Shown here: positions 10,816-22,746 of the stretch, piece after piece
Numbering within the stretch: position 1 is the first letter of the stretch
Layout: each line of letters opens with the position of its first letter
NCBI RefSeq assembly: GCF_006345805.1
Contig: NW_021836636.1
Coordinates: 1 to 25,042 of the forward strand
Reading direction: 5' to 3'
Length of the DNA: 25,042 nt
Source: Octopus sinensis
Taxonomy: Eukaryota
Program-made: the position numbers and the translations under genes
Notes under the pieces: model-generated
The model's database searches: none
Seen by the model: only the letters and a program-made list of their open reading frames with translations
What the model was told of the DNA's origin: nothing

Positions 10816-13675
10816 TCATTTAAAATATTTTAAAGTCTTCAATTTAGCGTGGACACAAACTTGACCTAGTTCGATATGGTTATTCAATAAGTTTCTATGT
10901 TTTCTATGCTTTAGAATTTCATACGTCTCCATGGAGCATAGTTGGCAACCAACCCTACTATTTTTATACGGAATTGCTCTCCTAACTATTTCCCAATTAA
11001 GGTTATAATTATTATTATTATTTTGAGTTCCCAGATTTTGTTGAAAGTGTGGTGGTACCAGCTTTATGACGTAATTTAAAAGACGAGATGTGATTTCTAA
11101 CTCTGGCTAGAAAATTAATTGTACATCCAATGTAAAAATATTTGTTATTCTCCGTGGATATGGTACATTTATAGATTACATTATTTTCCCCGCATAGACC
11201 AGGTGCCGGGCATTTTGATTTTATTCTACACTTACACACAGGAGGAACAACTTCAGGTTTGGATTATTCTTGGGTAGATGTCTTAGGTTCCTATTATTTT
11301 GATTATCATGAGTATAATTGTCCTTATTGTTATTAATATTTCTATAGTTGGTGCTGATATCTAAAGTATTGCTATTATTTATTGATCCTTCTGTTTCATC
11401 ATTTAGGTCTAAAGTCCTACCATGATTTCTTATATTATTGGTAATGTTACTATTATTGTTAGTCTTTTTATCCGACTGCATATTGTTGTTATAGATATCA
11501 CACTAATATTTTCATTCTCCTTATTTTCTCCATTAGCCTTATTTCTATTATTTCTATTATTAACATTATTACTTCTATTAATATCGGCATTGTTATTATT
11601 ACTATTAATGTTAATGTTATTAGTCATTCTGTGGTTACTAATTTCACCTATGTTTTGATAGTTACTATTGCTGTTTTTATTGTTGGTAGTATTATTATAA
11701 TTGCTATTGGTATTCATGCTGATATTATTATTTTTATTTCTATCTTTCCTGGCTAGTTTAATGTTGTTATTATTAATCTTAGCTATTAAAGTGGACATAT
11801 TTGGGAGGGTTGAATAAGAAATCCTAACTGTTTTCCTAGAAATAATTCTATGATATCTATGAGAGATAGGGAATTTTTTTTCCAGAATTACTTTGAATTT
11901 GTTCTGTATATTCGATTGTATCGCACAGTTGAAAGGAATATTCAGCCATAATATATCTTTTTTATTAAATTTAGGGTTCGTAGAATTATTACTATTCATC
12001 TCACCGGAGTTATTGTATTTATTACCATTATTTTTATTTGTGTGCATCTTAGGTTTATCTACTTCGATATTATCCGAGTTACCTATGTTCCGGTCAATGC
12101 TTCTATTTGAATTGTTGGGCCTGTACGTTAGATTAGCGTTTACCGTTAATTTAATTCTACTTTTATTTCGGGCTTGGTCTGTATTGCTGCTTACGTGATT
12201 ACTGATAACTTCTTTATTAGGAATACGTGAGTTCTCCTTATCAACGAATGTAATCTTTTGGTTGTATCCAGCCTTAGTTAACGCCGCATTATAATGCTCA
12301 GATGGGAGTTAAATATATCCTTATTGGATGATAATTTTGAAATTCTTAATGAAATATTTCTTACTAAAGATTCAATTATATTTGGGGGATGATTTGATAA
12401 TTTATTTACGTAATTCGTGATTCGCCTTCCTTTCTAAATGGGTAATGCAGCTTGGAGTTAAGGTCTAGCGTAATATCTAGGAAGTTAACTATTTTAGTGC
12501 CCGGTTCATACGTTATACTGAGGTTGAAATCCTTAAAGAACTTATTAATTTTCTTTCTAATCCTTTCTATAACAGATTTATTATTACTAGGGATAACAAC
12601 AGAGCATCATCCCTATATAGACCCCCCTGTATTTCTGGGATATCCTTGCTTATGCATTTTAATAGATATGCGCCTACTAGGTTGGTTACCTCAGCCGAAT
12701 CACTGGAACCCATTGGTATATCAAAATAATTAGGTGTATCTGCTCTAGTCCATAATTTATCTTCAAATTCTATAAATGTCTTCCTAGCTAGTAGCACAAT
12801 ATTGATTCTTCTCTAGATATGAGGGAGCGATTCATGGCAAATATTAGTGATTTGTTGAGTAAGATAGGGGAATACTAGAGTAATAACTATTAATATCGAA
12901 CTGAATAAAGGACAGACTACTATATTAGTTAGAGAGTTAAACCATTTTAGAACTTCGTCCGTACTTAGCCATAGGTTTAAGGGGAGAAGAGGGGTTATTT
13001 GGGGTAGAACAGTATCCAGGATAGATTTACTAAGTCGGCCAATGTCCGACTTAGTTGGACAGATCAGCCTTACCGAAGGGTTTTCCAAGAAATCTCTTTT
13101 GTGGTCTTTAAGGTTGATCCTGGGCTCACACGGTTTAAGTGGCTCTGTTCTATCCGTTAAATTTAGTTTCTCCATGATCTCTTTCATTTCCAGTTTACTT
13201 TTTTCAAATTGTTCTTAGTCGTAATTTTATATTTGGAGTTTAGTTCCTTCCTAATTAATTTGCTATAAAATCGTAATCAACTCTATACATATTACCCGTC
13301 CCGTTTATCTGCTGGTACTAGGATTCCATGTTTGCACCGGGTTGACTGAATAAAGTTCCTAAGGTGTCTAAGGTGAGGGTTATATCTTAACGGGTGTTCC
13401 TTGAAGCTAATATCATCTACAAGATTCAGCAAGTCTTTCTCAAAGTTCTCCAGGAATGGGTTCTGAGGTGGACTTTTTCTACTTTTAAAAATTCTTCTAA
13501 AATTCTTTTCGGTATTCTTTTCCTGTGGTTTCTTCTTCTGTTTGACATCAAAATGGTACGTTTTCCACCTGATTCTTCTAATGAAATCGTTAATCCTATG
13601 AATGAGAAGCCAATTATATTCATCTATACTATGTAAGGGGATGTCTTTAGGGGAGAACTCAATGTTTACTTTTTC
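10816..13675 (-). pseudogene. PLE reverse transcriptase-GIY-YIG endonuclease ORF (~950 aa when ~13 frameshifts are bridged; the frameshifts may be sequencing errors)
   Basis: Manual translation across frames gives, in order: EKVNIEFSPKDIP...FIRRIRWK...FKSRKSPPQ...FEKDLLNLV...LVPADK (13292-13675, open without ATG); RLICPTKSDIGRLSK; motif A FIQFDINSYYSSI; motif B FDIPMGSSDSAEV; motif C GLYRDD (YRDD at 12606-12617); VNFLDITLDL; YVNKLSNHPP; YNAALTKAGY; ILWLNIPF...ISYSTLPNM; CKCRIKSKCPAPGLC; VIYKC...YIGCT...RVRNH; WEIV...CQLCSME...LLNN...CVH. The stop TGA is at 10816-10818. Confidence 0.92.
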
Positions 13676-14485
13676 CCTTCTTTCCCTATTTCTTTCTCTT
13701 TTCTCTTTTTTCTTTTTCTTCTTCTTATTCTCTTTTTCCTTTTCTCTTCTCTTTTAGTCCCCCTCCCCCCTTTTTTGCTCCCTCCTCCTTTATTTTCTCT
13801 CTTTTCTTCTCTTCCCTTCCCTTTTCTGTTCTTTGCCTCTCTAGAAAGCCCTTCAGTCTTTAAAAGTTAAATAGCTACAGCCTCTTGTAAATAGCAGTAA
13901 TGTGATTAATGTGGCAAATACCTAATCATATAACAAGAATTGATACCTACCTCATTGTGTTCAACCATTGATAAATTTATCGCCTGTGAATATGAAATTC
14001 CTCTTCATTTCTCTGGAAATTTACATCTACACCATTGGAAATTGTGCATCTATACAAGGATTAATTCACCCTCTCTGTAATGCTAATAAGCAGGAATTGA
14101 GACCCACCCCTTGATTAACAATGGATAAATTTGTCGTCTGTGAGTATGTAATCCTCCTCATATCTCTGGAAATTCATATGTGCACTATGGATTAGGTCAC
14201 CTTCTCTGTGATGCTATTAAAACTTTTTTAAAATTCTGTGATAAGACTGTACATCATCTTTAAAGAACTTTAATGAACTTTGGAAATCTGTTTATGTTAC
14301 TTAATTATCTACATTACTTCATGAGTATAGCCTCAACCACTAGGATGTCTAGAGAACTCACATGTATTTTAGCTGATGAGTACGGGACACGTTTTTGCTG
14401 TAATTTTTGCAACTTTTAATAAAGCCTGTCCTTGTATGAAACGATTGTACTAAAAACCTATCCATTCTTGTTGCTTCTTTCTCGC
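13670..14485 (+). repeat. Inverted 5' pseudo-LTR copy of the PLE (right arm)
   Basis: Inverted copy of 9246-10058. It joins the ORF at the predicted start through a shared GGAAAAA. Confidence 0.93.
14367..14455 (+). ncRNA. Type I hammerhead ribozyme in the inverted pLTR
   Basis: TTTTAG 14367-72, CTGATGA 14373-79, stem II GTACGGGAC 14380-88 pairing with GTCCTTGTAT 14428-37, GAAA 14438-41, C-GATT-G, TA, CTAAAA 14450-55. All core nucleotides are intact. Confidence 0.85.
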
Positions 14486-14623
14486 TTATAATCACCCCAC
14501 ATTACTGTATTGTTAAAACAGTATAGTTTTTTTTGGTGCATCTAAGTTAGGTACCATATTCAAGTAAATTCATTTAAATTAACTTGAATCTTTATTGCTT
14601 TTTGTATATATATATATTATATA

Positions 14624-14888
14624 TATATTATATTAAATTAGAGATAAAAGCACTATTAGGCAAATCATACAATGAAAAACTTAAGCCAATACATAGGATT
14701 ATTTAATTTATATTATTTAAATATATAACAAAATTATTTAAAAAATATATTATAAATATAATTATATTTTTTTAATAATTTTGTTATATATTTAAATAAT
14801 ATAAATTAAATAATCCTATATATTGGCTTACGTTTTTCATTGTATGATTTGCCTAATAGTGGTTTTATCTCTAATTTAATATAATATA
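14624..14888. repeat. 265-bp near-perfect AT-rich palindrome
   Basis: The arm TATATTATATTAAATTAGAGATAAAAGCACTATTAGGCAAATCATACAATG... is mirrored through to 14888 with about 4 substitutions and 1 indel. The centre is near 14755 with a loop of only a few nt. Confidence 0.92.
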
Positions 14889-15732
14889 ATATTTTACTAT
14901 AAAATTGGATTCAATCTAAATCTGATTTTTCCCTGTAAGTTTGGATTTATTCCCTAATATTTATTATTATATATATATTATATATATATAGTATATATAT
15001 ATTATATTAATATTATATATTATATATACTATATATATTATATATATATAATATATATATATATATATAATAGTGTACATTTAAACACGTGAGAAACTAC
15101 CTATAACAGGTAATTTTACACGCTAGAAGAAGCAGTCAAAACGACGAAACCACATTCAAGAGAGCATTTTCCGAAGGAAATGAAAAATAAAAACCTTGTT
15201 ATTTTTTTGCCTTGTTATATTTTCTGTAATGAACTGGAATATCTATGTTTCGAATTTCATCAAAATTGCAGAGAGGGTTATTTCCCTCTTTACACACCCT
15301 AAAAAAATTGTAATCGTGTCACATGTATCCCATAATACTGATTTTTATGCGCATATTCCAAAATTCCAGTGTTATTGAACCTGTTAAAAAGATTTTGCCC
15401 CTAAAAAATGAAGGTCATGGAGCTCTAAAATGTGAGAGTTAAGGCCCCTGTTGGGGGTGGGCATCTTTATGTCAACCAGAGAAGTTGAATTGTTGAAAAT
15501 CTTTTTAACTTGGGTGTTAATTCTATTGTTTGAATTTCTTTGAAATGGGAAATATATGTTCACTGGGTTTGTAAAAGAGAACAAAGCTACAGGAAACCAA
15601 AAGACGAATGATCACAATAAGCAGTCAGTTACCCTACCCTAGTCGTTACTTGAAGTACCGGTTCAAGAACTATGTTTTATATCTATATATAGATATATAT
15701 ATATATATATATAATTATATATATATATATAT

Positions 15733-15763
<31 letters not shown>

Positions 15764-15824
15764 CTGTGTGTATGTATACATATATGTATATATATATGTA
15801 TACACACACACTCATATCTCATAT

Positions 15825-15972
15825 CTCCTTCGATTGAGATGAAATCGTCGCAGATAGAGCTTTTCGGAATGACCCCTCAGCCGACGCTCTGGAGCAGGAG
15901 TGAAGAACAGCTCTTTCGAGAGGTTACACTTTCCGCTTATGATGAGCGAGAATGAGATCATCACGGCGGCTG
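15825..15972 (-). mobile_element. CR1/L2-type LINE ORF2 C-terminal fragment
   Basis: Translates to RRDDLILA then IISGKCNLSKELFFTPAPERRLRGHSEKLYLRRFHLNRRR. This matches the RRxRGDLI...FF...TRGH..KL...R.RL..R signature of CR1/L2-clade ORF2 ends. Microsatellites flank both sides. Confidence 0.75.
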
Positions 15973-16696
15973 TATATATATATACATCCATATACATACA
16001 ATAGAGAGATGCTTTTGATTCACTTTTAACACGTAATACTGAAATAGTGGAGAAGATGTGATATTGCTGTGGGCTCGCCCTAGGCAAGAAGTTAAACGTT
16101 TTTTTGCCCATTACACTACGTGGACCCTAAGTAAGTCATGTGTAAAATTTGAATGAAATTGGTTGTGTAGTTCTCCAGTTTTAGGTAAACACACAGACAG
16201 ACAGACAGATGCACATTCTCAGTATTGTATATATATAGATATATTTATCTTTTTATATATTTATTTTATATATACATATATGTATTATATATATAAATAT
16301 GTATACGTATATGTATACATATATGTATATGTATGTATATATATACATATATATACATATATATGTATATATTTTTTGTAGTTTCAACTCAGAGCTGTGG
16401 CCATGCTGGAGCACCTCCGTTTTGCTACACTGTTATTATTGAGAACCTCCTCTAATATGTGGCACATGGTGAAGAATGGAGTTTCATGTAGCTACCCTCA
16501 TTTGTACCACTTACCATGAGGTAGGTTAATCTGGGACTCACGACAGGAAGCGGTCCAGCCTTGATTTAAAAACGCCTACATCCACTTTGTGCAGGTTCCT
16601 AAGGATGTTTGGGAGAGTACTAGAAAGCTGTGGGCCCCTAAAACCCAGGCTGTTGCAGTAACAGATCCTGAAAAGCGATGGCATTGCTGGGATCTT

Positions 16697-16698
<2 letters not shown>

Positions 16699-16728
<30 letters not shown>

Positions 16729-16782
16729 TGTATGTATGTATGTATGTATGTATGTATGTATGTATGTATGTATGTATGTATA
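16699..16782. repeat. Perfect (TATG)n tetranucleotide tract
   Basis: About 21 uninterrupted units. Confidence 0.97.
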
Positions 16783-16785
16783 TCT

Positions 16786-17450
16786 AGGTGCAGGAATAGC
16801 TGTGTGGTAAGTAGCTTGTTTACCTGAACACGCAGTGGGTTCAGTCCCATTGCATAGTACCTTGGGCAAGTACTGCATAGTACTTCGGGACGACCAAAGC
16901 CTTGTAAGTGGGTTTGGTAGACGGAAAAATTGCATTCGGTGGGATTAGTAATATTTTTGGTAGAAATGACTAATTGTCCCTCTTAGCGTGTGGCATGTAT
17001 GTATAATGCTCTCTGGCATGTATGTATAATGCCCTCTATATATAAATTAATATGTTCAATAAGAAATAATTATTTTCGAAATTTATTCTCTTATGAGGTT
17101 TTCACGCTATCTACCTGACAATTTCTTGTTAAGTTTTCCTTATTAAGTAGTTGTCCTTAATTGCTAAATATATATATATATATATATAAAATATATACAT
17201 ATATATATGTGTGTGTGTATATATATGTGTGTGTGTGTGTTTGTGTGTCTGTGTTTCTCTCCCCAACATCGTTTGACAACCTATACTGGAGTGTTTACGT
17301 CCCTGTAACTTAGCGGTTCGGCAAAAGAAACCGATAGAATAAGTACTAGGCTTACAAAAGAATAAGTCCTGGGTTCGATTTGCTCGACTAAAGGCGGTGC
17401 TCCAGCATGGCCACAGTCAAATGACTGAAACAAGTAAAAGAGTAAAAAGA
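16786..17450 (+). mobile_element. Family A SINE, head (16786-16930) and 3' domain (17250-17450) separated by extra AT-rich sequence and microsatellite
   Basis: Both parts are reverse complements of the parts of the 24133-24509 copy. Tail is GAAACAAGTAAAAGAGTAAAAAG. Confidence 0.8.
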
Positions 17451-17559
17451 GAGCAAAGCGTAAGTGAATAAACAAACAAAACAAAAAGACATTCAACACA
17501 TTGAGTAGGAGTTATGCGCATGATCATTTAAAAAGTATTTGATTCGGCTCCATGTGACT

Positions 17560-17790
17560 TAAAGTTTCGCGGACTTCTAACAGAGACCCGTCTCGTTCGA
17601 GCTTAGGTTGCCAAATAGAGAAACATAGACTCTCCAAGATGGTTGTTGGAAGATCAAGATGGCTGCCGGAATATGGGCTGCTCTTGGTCAAGGCGGCTCA
17701 AATGGTGTTATTAGAGGTAAGATCTCATATCTCCACGTGATCCACCTTCCTCAATACCAGCCCATTATTCAGCAGCCATTTTGGAATTTT
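17560..17790 (+). promoter_or_regulatory. Candidate promoter/first-exon region with E2F-like and YY1-like motifs
   Basis: TTTCGCGG at 17565-72. CAAGATGG at 17635-42 and CAAGATGGCTGC at 17655-66. GCAGCCATTTTGG (reverse YY1-like) at 17771-83. The region is locally richer in GC/CpG than its surroundings. Confidence 0.5.
17659..17716 (+). CDS. Candidate first coding exon (MAAGIWAALGQGGSNGVIR plus 1 nt) of an unrecognised gene
   Basis: ATG in CAAGATGGCTGCC context. Strong donor GAG|GTAAGAT at 17717. The phase-1 junction fits the open frame of the candidate exon at 20898. Confidence 0.58.
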
Positions 17791-17850
17791 TGGTGTTTCC
17801 TAAACTTGAGCGAAACTGAGTCAGATAGAGCCGAATCAAATCTATTTCAA

Positions 17851-20470
<2,620 letters not shown>

Positions 20471-20475
20471 ATATC

Positions 20476-20845
20476 CCGGACGAAATGCTTAGCGGTATTT
20501 CGTCTGCCGTTACGTTCTGAGTTCACATTCCGCCGAGATCGACTTTGCTTTTCATCCTTTCGGGGTCGATTAAATAACTACCAGTTACGCACTTGGGTCG
20601 ATATAATCGACTTAATCCGTCTGTCTGTCCTTGTTTGCCCCCTCAGTGTATTTCCCCCTGTGGGTAGTAAAGAAATAGATATTTCGTCTGACGCTACGTT
20701 CTGAGTTCAAATTCCGCCGAGGTTGACTTTGCCTTTCATTCTCTCGGGGTAGATTAAATAAGTACCAGCTACGCATTGGGGTCGATGTAATAGCCTTAAA
20801 CTCCTTCCCCAAGCTACCTTTGCGGCAAAATATTTGAAACCATTA
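20476..20845 (+). mobile_element. Family M SINE dimer (5'-truncated)
   Basis: Reverse complement of the 6218-6674 family. The second unit starts at ATATTTCGTCTG (~20679). Confidence 0.85.
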
Positions 20846-20897
20846 ATAAGGATTGTATAAAAATTTGTTAACGTATCACGTATTTTGAGCGTTGCAG

Positions 20898-21061
20898 AAG
20901 ATTCAGGAATTTATTGCAGATATATTTTAAAAGCTTATAAGGACACCGAAGGTCATGCGGACACCTGTTGGGAACAACTGCGTTCACGGCTTAATGCTGA
21001 TCGCTTCATCATTGGAAAATACGAGGAAGATCCATACCTGTGGAGAAACAAATCTATTTAA
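20898..21061 (+). CDS. Candidate second coding exon, copy 1 ((E)DSGIYCRYILKAYKDTEGHADTCWEQLRSRLNADRFIIGKYEEDPYLWRNKSI*)
   Basis: Branch-like TTAAC about 30 nt upstream and acceptor TTGCAG|AAG. Reading on from exon 1 in phase 1 gives 54 non-repetitive codons, whereas phases 0 and 2 stop within 15 codons. Confidence 0.55.
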
Positions 21062-21114
21062 TAATGGTTCAGTCACTGTGTATATTTTGCGTGGCTGTAT
21101 ATTTGTGTGTGGTG

Positions 21115-21432
21115 AGGGCGCGTGGCTTAGTGGTTAGGGCATTCGTCTCATGATCGTAAGGTTGTGAGTTCGATTCCCGGCGACGCGTTGTGTCCCTTGA
21201 TAAGAACACTTTATTTCCCGTTGCTCCATCCACTCAGCTGGCAAAAATGAGCTGTACTTGTATTTCAAAGGGTCAGCCTTGTCACTCTCTGTGTCACGCT
21301 GATTATCCCCGAGAACTACGTTAAGGGTACACGTGTCTGTGGAATGCTCAGCCATTTGCACGTTAATTTCACGAGCAAGCTGTTCCGTTGATCGTATCAG
21401 CTGGGACCCTCGTCATCGTAACCGGCGGAGTC
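21115..21432 (+). mobile_element. tRNA-derived SINE (family B), copy 1
   Basis: Head AGGGCGCGTGGCTTAGTGGTTAGG (A box) followed by GAGTTCGATTCCC (B box), with a ~320-bp body. Confidence 0.85.
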
Positions 21433-21623
21433 TTTAAAATATTTGTGTGTGTATGTGTGTGTGACTGTATGTAGTATATGGTTGTGTGTATGTATGTGTG
21501 GTTGCATGAAGGATCTGTCATGTGAGTAAGACTGCATGCCATGTGTGTATGTGTGTGTGTGAATGTTTGTTTGTGGGTGTGGTTGGGTATAGTGGTTTCT
21601 CACGGGTGGACGTTGTAGTTTGA

Positions 21624-21658
<35 letters not shown>

Positions 21659-22072
21659 TTTTTGTGTGAAGGAGGGTGTGAGATTGAGGGTGTGCCTGCG
21701 TGTGAATCGAGTCTGTATTAAAAGGAAAAGAGAAAAAAGAAAATGATTAAACTGAAAAATAAAAACAATTTAATGATTTGAAAAAATTAAAGGGAATCAA
21801 GTTAAATAAATACAATTAAATTACAAGCTTAAATTTAAAAAAAAAAATCTTTTTAAAAATCTACCTTTTAATGTGATTACTTTCGTACCTGATTCTTTAT
21901 TGTTAGCTATAAATTTTAAATATGAAAATGAATTAAGAACATATATTCCATATGCATTAAGTCAATGAACTTCCATTCCAATATTTTCCCTTTTCAATAT
22001 TTTTCTCTAATATATAAACATTTTCTTTCGATGCGAATGTTATTCCACCTAAGATAATATTTTCCTTCTTTA

Positions 22073-22470
22073 AGGCGGCAGCTGGCAGAATCGTTAGCAT
22101 GCCGGGCGAAATGCGTATCCATAGTTCGTCTCTGCCGTTACGTTCTGAGTTCACATTCGCGCGAGATCGACTTTGCTTTTCAATCCTTTCGGGGTCGATT
22201 AATAACTCCAGTTACGCACTTGGGTCGATATAATCGACTTAATCCGTCTGTCTGTCCTTGTTTGCCCCCTCAGTGTATTTTCCCTCCCTTCCCGTGGTAG
22301 TAAAGAAATAGATATTGTCTGACGCTACGTTCTGAGTTCAAATTCCGCCGAGGTTGACTTGCCTTTCATTCTCTCGGGGGTAATTAATAAGTACCACTAC
22401 GCATTGGGGTCGATGTAATAGCCTTAACTTCCTTCCCCAGCTACCCCTTTGCGGCAAAATATTTGAAACC
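22073..22470 (+). mobile_element. Family M SINE dimer at the duplication junction (chimeric)
   Basis: 5' diagnostic bases match the copy at 23711 and 3' diagnostic bases match the copy at 20476. Confidence 0.85.
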
Positions 22471-22528
22471 ATTAATAAGGATTGTATAAAAATTTTTGTT
22501 AACGTATCACGTATTTTGAGCGTTGCAG

Positions 22529-22695
22529 AAGATTCAGGAATTTATTGCAGATATATTTTAAAAGCTTATAAGGACACCGAAGGTCATGCGGACACCTGTT
22601 GGGAACAACTGCGTTCACGGCTTAATGCTGATCGCTTCATCATTGGAAAATACGAGGAAGATCCATACCTGTGGAGAAACAATCTATTTAATAAT
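22529..22695 (+). CDS. Candidate second coding exon, duplicate copy (one A fewer near the end, so the frame reads on as ...WRNNLFNNG); 3' boundary uncertain
   Basis: Identical to 20898-21049 through WRN and lies in the second unit of the tandem duplication. Corresponds to track ORF 22516-22800. Confidence 0.42.
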
Positions 22696-22746
22696 GGTTC
22701 AGTCACTGTGTATATTTTGCGTGGCTGTATATTTTTGTGTGTGGTG

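Larger units (their letters stand above)
9246..14485 (-). mobile_element. Penelope-like retroelement (PLE), C-terminal GIY-YIG type, Hydra-clade-like, with inverted pseudo-LTRs
   Basis: RT plus GIY-YIG coding region at 10816-13675. Inverted repeats at 9246-10058 and 13670-14485, each with a hammerhead motif. The 3' end abuts a (TA)n tract at ~9214-9242. This matches the established PLE architecture (inverted pLTR, hammerhead, microsatellite target). Clade assignment is from remembered motifs. Confidence 0.93.

Noticed and set aside
11422-13636. Plus-strand ORFs 11422-11658, 11893-12198, 12452-12733 and 13394-13636, and minus ORF 13426-13623
   Set aside because: Antisense shadows or the wrong frame of the PLE ORF. 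The motif-bearing N-terminal frame is 13292-13675.
13940-14180. Possible repeated peptide in the pLTR units with a Cys/TGA swap suggesting selenocysteine
   Set aside because: No start codon, frames differ between the two arms, no SECIS identified, and local sequence quality is poor.
15119-15160. CTAGAAGA...GTCAAAACGAC-GAAAC as a third hammerhead
   Set aside because: The CUGANGA core is absent and there is no stem I or III.
17607-17624. RFX X-box (GTTGCC...) suggesting a ciliary gene
   Set aside because: Only one half-site is present, and the spacing to the second half does not fit the consensus.
17639-17716. Alternative upstream ATG (MVVGRSRW..., phase 0)
   Set aside because: Spliced to the 20898 acceptor it stops after 10 codons, so it is at most a uORF.
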